A stretch of 63,856 nt of DNA, filler included. It is 5 parts of 5 records of this genome, joined end to end, with 100 filler letters (N's around TTAATTAATTAA, not from the genome) between each part and the next. Parts side by side here need not be neighbours in the genome. Positions count along the whole stretch, not along the records: positions 1 to 16,250 come from SRR22947727_5803; 4 more parts are not named here. One strand, 5' to 3'. A program made the translations under genes and the position numbers. Positions within the stretch are counted from its first letter, which is position 1; each line of letters begins with the position of its first letter. The notes under the pieces are model-generated. The model searched no databases. It saw nothing but the letters and a program-made list of their open reading frames with translations, and was not told where the DNA came from. Shown here piece by piece: positions 1-9,519 of this stretch.

Positions 1-129
1 CTGCTCTTGAAGCTCCGCGGCGCGCACCACTTGAACATCAACGAGTCGGGACACCAACAATCCCGCCATGAGGAAGACAACAAGAAGCGCAATGCCCATG
101 CGGCGACTGGAAATGCGCTGATGTGCCAT
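1..129 (-). CDS. ftsI: Penicillin-binding protein FtsI/PBP3, N-terminal part (runs off window start)
   Basis: Read by hand: MAHQRISSRRMGIALLVVFLMAGLLVSRLVDVQVVRAAELQEQ. TM anchor plus RLxxxQ motif, and it follows mraZ-rsmH-ftsL in dcw order. Confidence 0.8.
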   Translation of the reverse strand, partial: MAHQRISSRRMGIALLVVFLMAGLLVSRLVDVQVVRAAELQEQ

Positions 130-139
130 CGTGCTCCGT

Positions 140-781
140 CTAGCGCGTCACCGGAGAGGGAATAGAACCACCAAACCGGGGCGCAGGCGCCTCTGCTACC
201 GCCACCGTCGAAGCCGTGGGCTCAGCAGTCTGGGGAGCGCCAAGGTCAGCGGTCGGGGGTGCCAAGACATCGGTCGCGTCGGCTTCGAGTGCTGTCGCCG
301 TGGAAATTGTGAGGAACACATCCTCCACAATCTCGGGCGCGACAACCGATTCGGTCCCTGCTGTCACCGCAAAAATTTGACCGCTCGCCGTTGCTTCCGC
401 AGGAATCGCTTCTCCCACCACAGCGCCATCAGAGACTCTGATGTAGGCGGGGTTGTTGTCCGGCACCATGCCCATGGAACCTGCCAAGGTGGCGAGGGTG
501 TCAGGGGCAACCAGGGCGCTAATTTCCTCGCCCACAATCTGTTGCTGCTGCTGACTGCCTCGAAGGTCAGTTTTCAGTGAGGCGATTTCATAAGCGCCAC
601 CTGACACCGCAATGGAGAGCAAGAGTTGTCCACCTAAAATCGCAAAAATACCGGCCAGCAGCACCACGATATAGCGGAGCTTGGGAACAGCGTCCGCCTT
701 CGTCTTCTGGCGTGTCGAGGACACTGCGCGGGGCTTCATTGCCCGAGGCGCGCTTCCGACACTGGGAGCTAGAGCAGTCAT
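140..781 (-). CDS. FtsL-like cell division membrane protein
   Basis: Single TM followed by a coiled-coil and a 'LA..MGMVP' motif; lies between rsmH and ftsI and overlaps rsmH (ATGA). Confidence 0.7.
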   Translation of the reverse strand: MTALAPSVGSAPRAMKPRAVSSTRQKTKADAVPKLRYIVVLLAGIFAILGGQLLLSIAVSGGAYEIASLKTDLRGSQQQQQIVGEEISALVAPDTLATLAGSMGMVPDNNPAYIRVSDGAVVGEAIPAEATASGQIFAVTAGTESVVAPEIVEDVFLTISTATALEADATDVLAPPTADLGAPQTAEPTASTVAVAEAPAPRFGGSIPSPVTR

Positions 782-1737
782 CGAGATACCTCTTTCACTT
801 TCTCCCCTGCCCGCAAACGGACAGAGGCACTTCGGGGGTTGGAGGCAATTTCCTCGGCGCTTGCCACCTCGGCGCCACGCGTAATCTCACGAAAACTTGG
901 AAGGTGTTCAGGGAGCTCTCGAGGTAGACCAGCGGGAGCGCTCGACACGGAGAGCTTCCGAAGCTCCCTCTTCACCAGGCGGTCCTCGCCCGAGTGGTAG
1001 GACATGATGGCTACCCGTCCCCCGATGGCGACGCGATCGAAAGCAACGGGCAGTGCTCTGGCCAATGAATCAAGCTCCTGGTTTACCGCCATCCGAAGCG
1101 CTTGAAAGACCCTCTTTGCCGGGTGGCCTTTGTCTTTCAGGGCGTAAGGCGTCGCTTCTTGAAGCACATCGACGAGATCACCGGTCCGGACAATTGGTGC
1201 CTGCAAGCGACGCTCAACAATCGCTCGCGCGTATCGCTTAGCCAGCTTCTCGTCACCCATGCGGAAGAAGAGGTCGGCCAGGTCAGCCTCCGTGAAGGAC
1301 TGGAGAATGTCGGCGGCGCTGACATCATCCTGAGGATTCATCCTCATGTCCAGCGGTGCGTCGTGCGAGTACGAGAACCCGCGTTCGGGCTTGTCCAGAT
1401 GCAGGGACGAAACACCTAAGTCGAACAAGATGGCACCCGGTGCCTGGTCAGGAACGTGCTCATCCAGCGCGGTGTCCAGCTCGTCGTAGCGACAGAGGGA
1501 GAACATCACCCGATCGCCGAAAGGCGCAAGGCGCTCGCGAGCTTGAGCCAGAGCTTCCGGATCGCGGTCAATACCCAAAACCCTCAGCGCCGGAAGTGAG
1601 GCCAGGAACATTTCGGTGTGCCCACCGAGCCCAAGGGTGGCGTCCACCAGAATGGGCGATTCCCCGTGGAGTGCTGGGGAGAGCAGTTCGAGAGCCCTTG
1701 GCGCAAGGACGGGTATGTGTGAGTAGGTAGCGATCAT
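778..1737 (-). CDS. rsmH: 16S rRNA m4C1402 methyltransferase RsmH (MraW)
   Basis: HIPVL, DATLGLGGH, DLGVSS, PLDMRM, FQALR, NPRSAS motifs. Confidence 0.97.
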   Translation of the reverse strand: MIATYSHIPVLAPRALELLSPALHGESPILVDATLGLGGHTEMFLASLPALRVLGIDRDPEALAQARERLAPFGDRVMFSLCRYDELDTALDEHVPDQAPGAILFDLGVSSLHLDKPERGFSYSHDAPLDMRMNPQDDVSAADILQSFTEADLADLFFRMGDEKLAKRYARAIVERRLQAPIVRTGDLVDVLQEATPYALKDKGHPAKRVFQALRMAVNQELDSLARALPVAFDRVAIGGRVAIMSYHSGEDRLVKRELRKLSVSSAPAGLPRELPEHLPSFREITRGAEVASAEEIASNPRSASVRLRAGEKVKEVSR

Positions 1738-1751
1738 GATTTACCCGGTCT

Positions 1752-1836
1752 CCCTGGAGTCAGATTCCCTTCCGTGTGATGACCTGGGACCGGGGAAGGT
1801 GACACAGGGCTCACGGAGGGGAGTCAGACTTCAGGG
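1752..1836 (-). ncRNA. mraW RNA motif (actinobacterial cis-element between mraZ and rsmH)
   Basis: Minus strand forms a long hairpin (CCCUG/CAGGG, UCCCCUCCGUG/CACGGAAGGGA, CCUG/CAGG) closed by ACC-UUCCCC-GGU. CUUCCCC loop and position match the known mraW motif. Confidence 0.85.
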
Positions 1837-2268
1837 CTACAAAAGCCCAGGAATCACCTCCTCTTCGGTGTCAGAGAAGGCTTGCTCGCGTTCTTCGTAG
1901 TACTGATCCCATGCGGTAGAGGACCAAATCTCAGCTCTGTTGCCGGCGCCAATCACTGTCAGTTCGCGCTCGAGCCCGGCGTAGTCGCGCAGCGCCGGAG
2001 GAATCGTGACCCGGTTTTGCTTATCGGGGATTTCGGAGGAGGCGCCTGACAGAAACAGACGCAGAAAGTCTCTACTGGCCTTCGAGGTCAGGGGTGCCTC
2101 TCGAAGCCGCTCAACGTGGGCATCGAAGTCTTTAGAGGTGAAGACGTAAATACATCTCTCTTGACCGCGGGTAAGAACCAGACCGTTCGCGAGCTCGTCG
2201 CGAAATCTTGCGGGGAGAATCACTCGGCCTTTGTCGTCGAGCTTGGGGGCGTGCGTACCCAAGAACAT
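1837..2268 (-). CDS. mraZ: Division/cell wall cluster transcriptional repressor MraZ
   Basis: [32 protein letters not shown]; 143 aa. Confidence 0.97.
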   Translation of the reverse strand: MFLGTHAPKLDDKGRVILPARFRDELANGLVLTRGQERCIYVFTSKDFDAHVERLREAPLTSKASRDFLRLFLSGASSEIPDKQNRVTIPPALRDYAGLERELTVIGAGNRAEIWSSTAWDQYYEEREQAFSDTEEEVIPGLL

Positions 2269-2305
2269 GGTGCCCCCCTTTCTTGTCCGGCCACGAGAAG
2301 GTATT

Positions 2306-2345
2306 CACCACTTTACTCCACTTTGCTCCAAATTCAACCACTTTT
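2306..2345 (-). promoter_or_regulatory. MraZ-binding direct repeats (dcw boxes)
   Basis: Four copies of CCACTTT/CCAAATT at 10-bp period (AAAGTGG on minus strand) just upstream of mraZ. Confidence 0.75.
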
Positions 2346-2415
2346 AGCTTTTTTCTTCCCCGCGATTTGTGGATCAGCTCCACCGGTAGAAACCAAGCAA
2401 ATACTGGGCGCACGC

Positions 2416-2445
2416 GAAAAAACCGGCCCAGAGGGCCGGTTTTTC
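2416..2445 (-). terminator. Intrinsic terminator (symmetric, possibly bidirectional) after DUF3040 gene
   Basis: AAAAACCGGCCC-AGA-GGGCCGGTTTTT perfect hairpin with A/T tracts on both sides. Confidence 0.85.
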
Positions 2446-2482
2446 GATTCCTAACGAAAGTGGGCTAGCGCTCCACTAAGGG

Positions 2483-2863
2483 CTAGAGGCCTTCTCCGCG
2501 CTCCCTGCGCTCCCACCGATCATTGAGTCGATCCATGAAGGACGACGAACCCGCAGGGCTCTTCGCCCGAGGTGCTGAGGGCGGAGTCGATCCGCCATCA
2601 GAAGAGGCGCCCGGAAACGCCACCGCCACCATGACGCCGCCGAAGAGAACACCGAAGCCCACAATCCCCACCAGCGTGATGTCGAGAGACACCCCCACCA
2701 CCATGGTGACAATACCGACTAGGCCCATCAGGACGCCTACCGCAATGGCAGTGTAATTCGGCGCCCTCCGGAAGTCCGAGGTGCTCATCACGTCGGCTTC
2801 GTTCTTGTAGAGGTTGCGCTCCATTTCTTCGAGCAGACGCTGCTCGTGCTCAGAAAGTGGCAT
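2483..2863 (-). CDS. DUF3040 family membrane protein
   Basis: MPLSEHEQRLLEEME start, two TM helices, C-terminal FMDRLNDRWERR; upstream of mraZ as usual in actinobacteria. Confidence 0.88.
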   Translation of the reverse strand: MPLSEHEQRLLEEMERNLYKNEADVMSTSDFRRAPNYTAIAVGVLMGLVGIVTMVVGVSLDITLVGIVGFGVLFGGVMVAVAFPGASSDGGSTPPSAPRAKSPAGSSSFMDRLNDRWERRERGEGL

Positions 2864-2934
2864 GGTGTCCTCCCCACGGGTGTGGCTGATTTTCTACAGA
2901 GTGTACGCAGATTTCCTGAGGATAGGCTAGGTGC

Positions 2935-4050
2935 GTGTCAGCGCAGATGAAACTTGTCGATGTAGTCGACGCCCGCATCACGTCCTTCCTCGAAGCCCGT
3001 TCAGAGGAGATGTCTCACATCTCCCCCGACCTCGAGCACATCCTGGCGTATGCCAACAGCATGCTTCGCAGCGGAAAGCGCTTCCGCGCTCGCTTCTGCT
3101 ACTGGGGCTGGAGGGCAATCGATCAGGAAGTTGAGGGTGACCCTTTCGGGGGTGTCGAGACACTGGAGGACGCATGGCCGGTCATTGCCCTCGCTACCTC
3201 GTTGGAGGTTTTTCACGCAGCGGCACTCGTCCATGACGACATCATGGACAATTCCGACACCCGTCGCGGACTCCCGGCAGCTCACAAAGCATTTGAGCGA
3301 GTTCACCGCGACCGCTCCTATTCCGGATCCACAGAGCACTTCGGCACTTCGACAGCTCTCTTGCTGGGCGACCTCCTGTTGGCGTGGAGTGACGACCTCC
3401 TGACTCATGCACTCTCCACGGTGCGCCCCGAGATTGTGGCGGCGACCCGTTCTCAGTTCTCGACCATGCGTCAGGAAGTAACACTGGGCCAGTACCTTGA
3501 CATCCACGAGGAAGCAGCGTGGCATCATCACGGTGAGAGCGAACGGCTGGAGAGAGCGCTCAGAGTCGTGACCTATAAGTCAGCGAAGTACAGCATGGAA
3601 GCACCCCTCCTGATTGGCGCTTCGCTCGCCGGTGCCACAGCCCAACAGTTGGAAGATCTCTCCTCCTTCGGCCTACCTCTGGGAATCGCCTTTCAGCTCC
3701 GAGACGATGTGTTAGGTGTCTTCGGTGACTCGGAAGTAACCGGGAAACCTTCAGGCGACGACCTGCGGGAGGGCAAGCGCACCGTCCTCATCGCCCGAGC
3801 AGAAGCTTCCATGCCCGAAAGCGCGAAGCGTGTTTTCAACGAACTCTTGGGAGACCGAACCCTGGACCCAGATCAGATCGACGTCATGCAGTCCACGCTC
3901 AGAGATACGGGTGCATTGGATGAAGTGGAAGAGATGATTCAGCATTACGCCGATACCGCCATGGCGGCACTCGAGAGCGCGCACATCACGGAAGGGGCTC
4001 GGGCCGAGCTCCGCCGCCTGGCAGATGCGGTCACGAGGCGAAACTCCTAG
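2935..4050 (+). CDS. Polyprenyl (geranylgeranyl) diphosphate synthase
   Basis: GKRFR, HDDIMD..RRG (FARM), GQYLD, KSAKY, FQLRDD (SARM), GKPSGDDLREGK. Confidence 0.93.
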   Translation: MSAQMKLVDVVDARITSFLEARSEEMSHISPDLEHILAYANSMLRSGKRFRARFCYWGWRAIDQEVEGDPFGGVETLEDAWPVIALATSLEVFHAAALVHDDIMDNSDTRRGLPAAHKAFERVHRDRSYSGSTEHFGTSTALLLGDLLLAWSDDLLTHALSTVRPEIVAATRSQFSTMRQEVTLGQYLDIHEEAAWHHHGESERLERALRVVTYKSAKYSMEAPLLIGASLAGATAQQLEDLSSFGLPLGIAFQLRDDVLGVFGDSEVTGKPSGDDLREGKRTVLIARAEASMPESAKRVFNELLGDRTLDPDQIDVMQSTLRDTGALDEVEEMIQHYADTAMAALESAHITEGARAELRRLADAVTRRNS

Positions 4051-4388
4051 AGGGCGAGGGTTTGCGCGAGTCTTCGAACTTCCGTCTTGCGCCCGTTCCT
4101 GATGGCATCGATGGGGCTGGTTCCCAAGACATCATGAGGTTCGATCAACCACTGGAGCGCGCTCTCAGGAGAGAAACCTCCATCAATGAGCACGAGAGCA
4201 GTGCCCTTGAGGTCTGCGACAGGGGAACCCTCATCCAGAAAGATGTCAGGAATCCGAAAAACCCCCTCTTCTTTTCGCCCCAGTAGCGCTCGGTCTTCGA
4301 CCAAACGATGCACTTTGCCGGGGGTGAGCGACAATCGCTCGCATACGTCAGGGACACTGAGCCAGGTGATGGCAGAGGGGCTTGTCAC
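4047..4388 (-). CDS. Rv2175c-family HTH DNA-binding protein
   Basis: WLSVPDVCERL HTH, C-terminal GRKTEVRRLAQTLAL; adjacent to polyprenyl synthase and near a PASTA kinase as in the mycobacterial Rv2173-Rv2176 locus. Confidence 0.85.
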   Translation of the reverse strand: MTSPSAITWLSVPDVCERLSLTPGKVHRLVEDRALLGRKEEGVFRIPDIFLDEGSPVADLKGTALVLIDGGFSPESALQWLIEPHDVLGTSPIDAIRNGRKTEVRRLAQTLAL

Positions 4389-4514
4389 GTTGATAAGGGT
4401 CCCACGTTCTGCTCCTCGAGCGCCAGTGGGGACGCAGGGGGTTTCCAGCCCTCATGTTTCCAACAGGTTAACTGCTGTAACATCTGTCACAGTGATTGAC
4501 GCAGGTATCATCCT

Positions 4515-6068
4515 GTGACACCGTTGTTGCACGGAGCGTCGCTACGCCCTTCAGCGCTGTGCCACGAAACGATGGAAGACATGACACACCAGGACCCCCA
4601 CGCTCAGACCACTGAGGCATTCGAGGAATCTCTCGAGCACTCAGTTTTTCGGGGTCTTTCTCCACGGCTCGAGACTTTTCAGGAATGCGAGAGTGCCTCC
4701 GGCGCTGTGTCTCGAGGACTCATGGGCGCGCTCCCCTTCGTGATGTCGGGAACACTCGCAACGAGCGCAATTGTTACACCTGGCCTCGTTCAACACTCCG
4801 CCCAGCCTGCGGAGCCAGGTGCCAGCGCTGATCACGCCAATGATCAGCGTCCAGGATTTGGTGAGCGACTCTCTGGAGCTTTTCTCCCCGTGGCCCATTC
4901 TGTTCTCTCGACTGTTCGACCCGACCTCCCCGCGACCTACGTGGTGCAAGGAGGCGACACTATTTCCTCTATTGCCGACAGCTTTGGAATCCCGACACCC
5001 GCCGTCTTGACCCTCAATGCGTTGAGTTGGAACGCTGTCCTTCACCCGGGACAGGTACTCAAGCTGAGTGCAGAGCCCACGAAAAAGGCAGCAGCGTCAC
5101 CTGCTCGAGTGGCAGGCAATGCATACCTTGTTCAATCTGGCGAAACAATGAGCACCATTGCCGATCGTTTGGGGATATCAACAACCGCCCTCACTCAGGC
5201 CAATAATTTGACGGAAGATTCCACCATTTATGTGGGTCAAATGATTCGCATCCCAGGCTCCACCGCTCCCGTCGTGGAGCGTGACGCTGAGCTCGTCATG
5301 CCGGCCCTAGCATCCGCCCCGACCATCATCCCCGCCTCCGTTGAATCCACTGACCAGGTGATGTCCAGCAATGACGAGAGCGAAGATCAAGAGCAAACCT
5401 CGAGTGATTCCCCCAAGGTTTTTGATGCTGCCGATGTCGAGCTAGCCGAAAAGCCCGCTCTGATTACCGTCAAGGTACCCACTCCTCAAGCCCCCGTTGC
5501 GGCAAAGAAGGTCACGCCCGTTGCCACTCCTGTCGCGAAGAAGGAGACGCCTGCGCCGAGCCCAGCACCGGTAACCCCTGCGGAATCTGAGCCTGCAGAG
5601 AGCGAAGAAGAGGCCGAACCCACATCTACTATCGGGCAACCTGTGACCGGCAGCGTGACACCACTCAACGATGAAAGACGGACCAACGCGCAAATCATTG
5701 TCAATGTTGGGCGGGAGATGGGAATCTCCGACTACGGAATTGTGATTGCGCTCGCCACCGCCATGCAGGAATCCTCGTTACGCAACATCAACTGGGGAGA
5801 TCGCGACTCTGTGGGTCTCTACCAGCAACGTCCCTCCTCCGGTTGGGGAACTGTCGAGCAAATCATGGACCCGGCATACGCAACGCGCCTGTTTTTTGGT
5901 GGCCCCAACAACCCCAATAAAGGTAAGACGCGAGGATTGCTAGACATCGCAGGGTGGGAGTCCATGGCCTTGACAGTTGCTGCCCAACGAGTTCAGATTT
6001 CTGCCTACCCCGATGCTTACGCAAAGTGGGAGCCCAGTGCGTGGGCTTGGCTTTATGAATTGACCTAG
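4515..6068 (+). CDS. LysM-domain peptidoglycan-binding protein with C-terminal lysozyme/transglycosylase-like domain (true start may be ~4572-4581)
   Basis: Two LysM repeats (YVVQGGDTISSIA, YLVQSGETMSTIA), Pro/Glu-rich linker, ATAMQESSL..DSVGLYQQRPSSGWG domain. Confidence 0.85.
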   Translation: MTPLLHGASLRPSALCHETMEDMTHQDPHAQTTEAFEESLEHSVFRGLSPRLETFQECESASGAVSRGLMGALPFVMSGTLATSAIVTPGLVQHSAQPAEPGASADHANDQRPGFGERLSGAFLPVAHSVLSTVRPDLPATYVVQGGDTISSIADSFGIPTPAVLTLNALSWNAVLHPGQVLKLSAEPTKKAAASPARVAGNAYLVQSGETMSTIADRLGISTTALTQANNLTEDSTIYVGQMIRIPGSTAPVVERDAELVMPALASAPTIIPASVESTDQVMSSNDESEDQEQTSSDSPKVFDAADVELAEKPALITVKVPTPQAPVAAKKVTPVATPVAKKETPAPSPAPVTPAESEPAESEEEAEPTSTIGQPVTGSVTPLNDERRTNAQIIVNVGREMGISDYGIVIALATAMQESSLRNINWGDRDSVGLYQQRPSSGWGTVEQIMDPAYATRLFFGGPNNPNKGKTRGLLDIAGWESMALTVAAQRVQISAYPDAYAKWEPSAWAWLYELT

Positions 6069-6080
6069 TGGAGTGGCAAC

Positions 6081-6103
6081 CGCAGGGCTGACTAAGCCCT
6101 GCG
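6081..6103 (+). terminator. Hairpin after LysM gene, directly followed by a TACAAT -10 box
   Basis: CGCAGGGCT-GACTA-AGCCCTGCG 9-bp stem; no U tract. Confidence 0.5.
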
Positions 6104-6116
6104 TACAATCCAAAGA

Positions 6117-8087
6117 ATGGATACTCCACCTACTGATCCGCTCCTTGGCAGGCTGGTGGATAAGCGCTATCTCATTGAGAGCAAAGTAGCTCGCGGTGGC
6201 ATGGCGACCGTCTATCAAGCGATGGATCAACGGCTCGAGCGTCCTGTGGCCATCAAAATCATGCACCCTCACCTCGCCGAGGATGGCGACTTCACGAAAC
6301 GTTTTATCCAGGAAGCTCGCCAGGCCGCGAGACTCGCCCATCCCAACATTGTCAACGTGTTTGACCAGGGGCAAGACGGTGCCATCACCTTCATCGTCAT
6401 GGAGTACCTTCCCGGCATCACCCTCCGGGAACTGCTGCAGGACTTTGGAGCTCTCACCCCTGCACAAACCGTCGACATTGTTCGCGCAGTCCTGCAAGGC
6501 CTCGACGCGGCCCATTCTGGAGGTATCGTCCATCGAGACCTCAAACCAGAAAATGTCCTCCTCGCCGATGATGGTCGCATCAAAATCGCCGATTTTGGTC
6601 TCGCTCGCGCCACAACCCACAACACCGCGACCTCGCAGGCCCTCCTCGGAACCATCGCTTATCTCAGCCCTGAACTGATCAGTCGTGGTGAGGCTGACTT
6701 GCGCAGCGATATCTACGCACTGGGCATCATGATGTTCGAGATGCTCACCGGTTCCCAGCCTTATCAAGGCGACCAAGCAGTCACCATCGCCTATCAACAC
6801 CAGAACGACATTGTCCCCCCGCCCAGCTCAAAGAACCCGGCGATACCGGCGCAATTCGATGAGCTCGTCGATTGGTGCACAAGGCGCTCACCTGACGAGC
6901 GTCCCCCTCACGCCAGGGCTGTCTTGGAGCACCTGGTCGAGGTTGAGAAACTTTTGGGTGCCGCGTCACTGGCCACCGCGACGATGGATCTAAATCAGAC
7001 AGTGGCCATGACTCAGAGACTGTCTCCGTTGGATGCCCAAGACACAGAAGTCTTGGATCCTAAATCTGCTGTCTTCGACGGCTTGGAGCCTGCGCCCACC
7101 CAGGCCATCGCCATAGACGAACTTCCCGCGCAAGAGCCAGTGCGTGATCGGCGACCGCCTCGCGGGAGGCGCCTCGCACTCCTCGGAACGCTTGTCCTAC
7201 TGCTGGTACTCGGTGGAGGCGGTGGGGCTGCCTGGTGGTGGTTCACAGGCCCCGGCGCGATGGTGAGCGTTCCCGACGTCTCCGGGACATCCGTTTTGGA
7301 GGCAACAGCGACTCTGGTGGAGGCGGAACTCACAGTCTCCGAGGCAGTCTTGGAGGAATTTGACCTCGTGCTCCCGGAGGGGACAGTGAAAGGCACAACA
7401 CCTCCTGCAGGCACTGAAATCGAGAAACAAAGCGAGATACGCCTCATCGTCTCGTTGGGTCCAAACCCCGTTGCTGTTCCAGCAATATCTGGACAAGCCC
7501 TGGACGAGGTACGTAGCGCTTTGGAGACCGTGAACCTGATTCTGGGAACAACAAGTCCCGAGTTCAACGACTTTGTCCAGAGAGGCTCAGTCCTGCGTCT
7601 CGTGGATGAGGCTGGCACCACTTTGGCAGCTGGATCGCAAGTGCTTGCCGGTTCCACGGTGAACGCAGTGGTCTCCGCAGGAGCGCTGCCCGATGTCACG
7701 GGGCTACCAGTCGATGAGGCCCGAGAGATTCTCCAAGACGCTGGCGTTACAGGAGTCGTCGGGGGTGACGGTGCCTTCTCTGACACTGTCCCCGAAGGCT
7801 ACGTCGTCGAAGTTTCTCTACCTGCGGGAGCAACACCGCGCCCCGGTGACACCCTCACTCTCATCGTCTCCCGAGGCCCAGAGCTCGTGATGGTTCCCGA
7901 TCTGGTCGGCGAGACCATTGCGGACGCCAAAGACATTCTGGAGGGACTGGGCTTTGAGGTCGAAGTGCGCTCAGAGTTTCCCGAATCCGATTGGGATCGC
8001 TCCTTTGCACGCGTCACCAGCCTGAGCCCGAGCTCCGGTCAGGAGATCGCCAAGGGCGCCCTGGTGATCATCCGTAGCTTCGTTTAG
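6117..8087 (+). CDS. Stk1/PknL-type Ser/Thr protein kinase with TM and PASTA domains
   Basis: GGMATVY, VAIK, HRDLKPEN, DFG, YLSPE; TM at ~aa 353-376; four PASTA-like repeats (VPDVSG, VPAISG, LPDVTG, VPDLVG). Confidence 0.95.
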   Translation: MDTPPTDPLLGRLVDKRYLIESKVARGGMATVYQAMDQRLERPVAIKIMHPHLAEDGDFTKRFIQEARQAARLAHPNIVNVFDQGQDGAITFIVMEYLPGITLRELLQDFGALTPAQTVDIVRAVLQGLDAAHSGGIVHRDLKPENVLLADDGRIKIADFGLARATTHNTATSQALLGTIAYLSPELISRGEADLRSDIYALGIMMFEMLTGSQPYQGDQAVTIAYQHQNDIVPPPSSKNPAIPAQFDELVDWCTRRSPDERPPHARAVLEHLVEVEKLLGAASLATATMDLNQTVAMTQRLSPLDAQDTEVLDPKSAVFDGLEPAPTQAIAIDELPAQEPVRDRRPPRGRRLALLGTLVLLLVLGGGGGAAWWWFTGPGAMVSVPDVSGTSVLEATATLVEAELTVSEAVLEEFDLVLPEGTVKGTTPPAGTEIEKQSEIRLIVSLGPNPVAVPAISGQALDEVRSALETVNLILGTTSPEFNDFVQRGSVLRLVDEAGTTLAAGSQVLAGSTVNAVVSAGALPDVTGLPVDEAREILQDAGVTGVVGGDGAFSDTVPEGYVVEVSLPAGATPRPGDTLTLIVSRGPELVMVPDLVGETIADAKDILEGLGFEVEVRSEFPESDWDRSFARVTSLSPSSGQEIAKGALVIIRSFV

Positions 8088-9460
8088 GAGTGGCTGAGTT
8101 CCTCTGCCACCAAGAACGCAAGCTCTAGGGACTGCTGGTGGTTGAGTCGCGGGTCGCACAAAGATTCGTATCGAGTTTCCAGACCCAACTCGTCGATGTT
8201 CTGGGAACCCCCCAAACACTCGGTCACGTCATCACCGGTCAGCTCAACATGGATTCCACCAGGGTGTGTGCCCACCTCGCGATGAGACTCGAAGAAGCCC
8301 TTGACCTCGTCGACAACATCATCAAAGCGGCGGGTCTTGTAACCGGTCTGAGTCGTGATGCCGTTTCCGTGCATCGGGTCGGTGACCCACAGCGGGGTGA
8401 TGCCTAGCTCTTGCGAGGCTTTCAACAGCGGTGGCAGTTTCTCGCGAATTTCTCCCGCCCCCATTCTGGTGATGAATGTCAAGCGACCTGGTTCACGCTC
8501 GGGATCCAGAAGGTCGGAGAGTTTCTTCAAAGTGTCTGGGGTGCTGGAGGGACCGAGTTTTACCCCGATGGGGTTTCTCACACGAGAGAAGAAGTCAACA
8601 TGAGCGCCGTCAAGATCTCTCGTCCGCTCCCCAATCCACAGGAAGTGACCAGAGGTCACGTAGGGCAGACCTGTCCGCGAGTCAATGCGCGTGAGGGCAC
8701 GTTCGTATTCCATCAGCAAACCTTCATGGCTCGCATAAAACTCGACGCGCTTGAGTTCATCAAAATCAGCGCCCGCGGCTTCCATAAACTTCACCGCTCG
8801 GTCAATCTCGCGGGCCAAACCTTCATAGCGAGCATTGGCGGGGTTTTCTGCGAAACCCTTATTCCAGCTGTGCACCATCCTCAGGTCAGCAAAGCCACCT
8901 TGGGTGAACGCTCTGATCAGATTCAGCGTCGAAGCAGCAGTGTGGTAACCCTGGAGCATTCTGGAGGGGTCTGGGGTCCTAGATTCTTCCGTGAAGTCAT
9001 ACCCGTTGACAATGTCTCCGCGGTAGGCGGGCAATGTGACACCGTCGCGCGTTTCGTCGTCGTTAGAGCGAGGCTTGGCAAACTGGCCTGCCATTCGACC
9101 CATCTTCACAATTGGAAGTGACGCGCCGTATGTGAGCACCACCGCCATCTGAAGGATTGTTTTGACACGGTTTCGGATCTTGTCGGCGGTGGCGCCAGCA
9201 AACGTCTCAGCGCAGTCGCCGCCCTGGAGCAGGAATGCTTCACCTCGAGCGACGCGAGCGAGCCGGTCACGCAACATGTCCACTTCACCGGCAAACACCA
9301 AAGGCGGCACGCTGGAAAGCTCAGCAACGACAGCCGCTGCCGCGCTGGGGTCTGGCCACTGCGGTTGTTGCTTAATGGGCAGGGAATGCCAATGATCCAA
9401 ACCCGCAACGACTTGGGGGTCTGGTGTCACGACGTTCTCGCTGTAATCCACGGTGTCCAT
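8084..9460 (-). CDS. Class II 3-deoxy-7-phosphoheptulonate (DAHP) synthase
   Basis: LQGGDCAE, GRMAGQFAKPRS, WIGERTR, DPMHGN, CDPRLN. Confidence 0.96.
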   Translation of the reverse strand: MDTVDYSENVVTPDPQVVAGLDHWHSLPIKQQPQWPDPSAAAAVVAELSSVPPLVFAGEVDMLRDRLARVARGEAFLLQGGDCAETFAGATADKIRNRVKTILQMAVVLTYGASLPIVKMGRMAGQFAKPRSNDDETRDGVTLPAYRGDIVNGYDFTEESRTPDPSRMLQGYHTAASTLNLIRAFTQGGFADLRMVHSWNKGFAENPANARYEGLAREIDRAVKFMEAAGADFDELKRVEFYASHEGLLMEYERALTRIDSRTGLPYVTSGHFLWIGERTRDLDGAHVDFFSRVRNPIGVKLGPSSTPDTLKKLSDLLDPEREPGRLTFITRMGAGEIREKLPPLLKASQELGITPLWVTDPMHGNGITTQTGYKTRRFDDVVDEVKGFFESHREVGTHPGGIHVELTGDDVTECLGGSQNIDELGLETRYESLCDPRLNHQQSLELAFLVAEELSHS

Positions 9461-9519
9461 TTCTCTAGCGGCTCGCGGCCGAAGAACAGCCTACTGGAGG
9501 CTTCGTGCGGGCTACTGTG

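Noticed and set aside
4389-4600. c-di-AMP (ydaO) riboswitch before the LysM hydrolase
   Set aside because: Expected by context, but I could not find the conserved aptamer sequence elements
5940-6800. 286-aa antisense ORF over the kinase, and similar shadow ORFs (7013-7786, 8411-9121, 15340-16032, 16400-17161)
   Set aside because: Fully overlap well-supported genes on the other strand and lack motifs; expected from codon bias in GC-rich DNA
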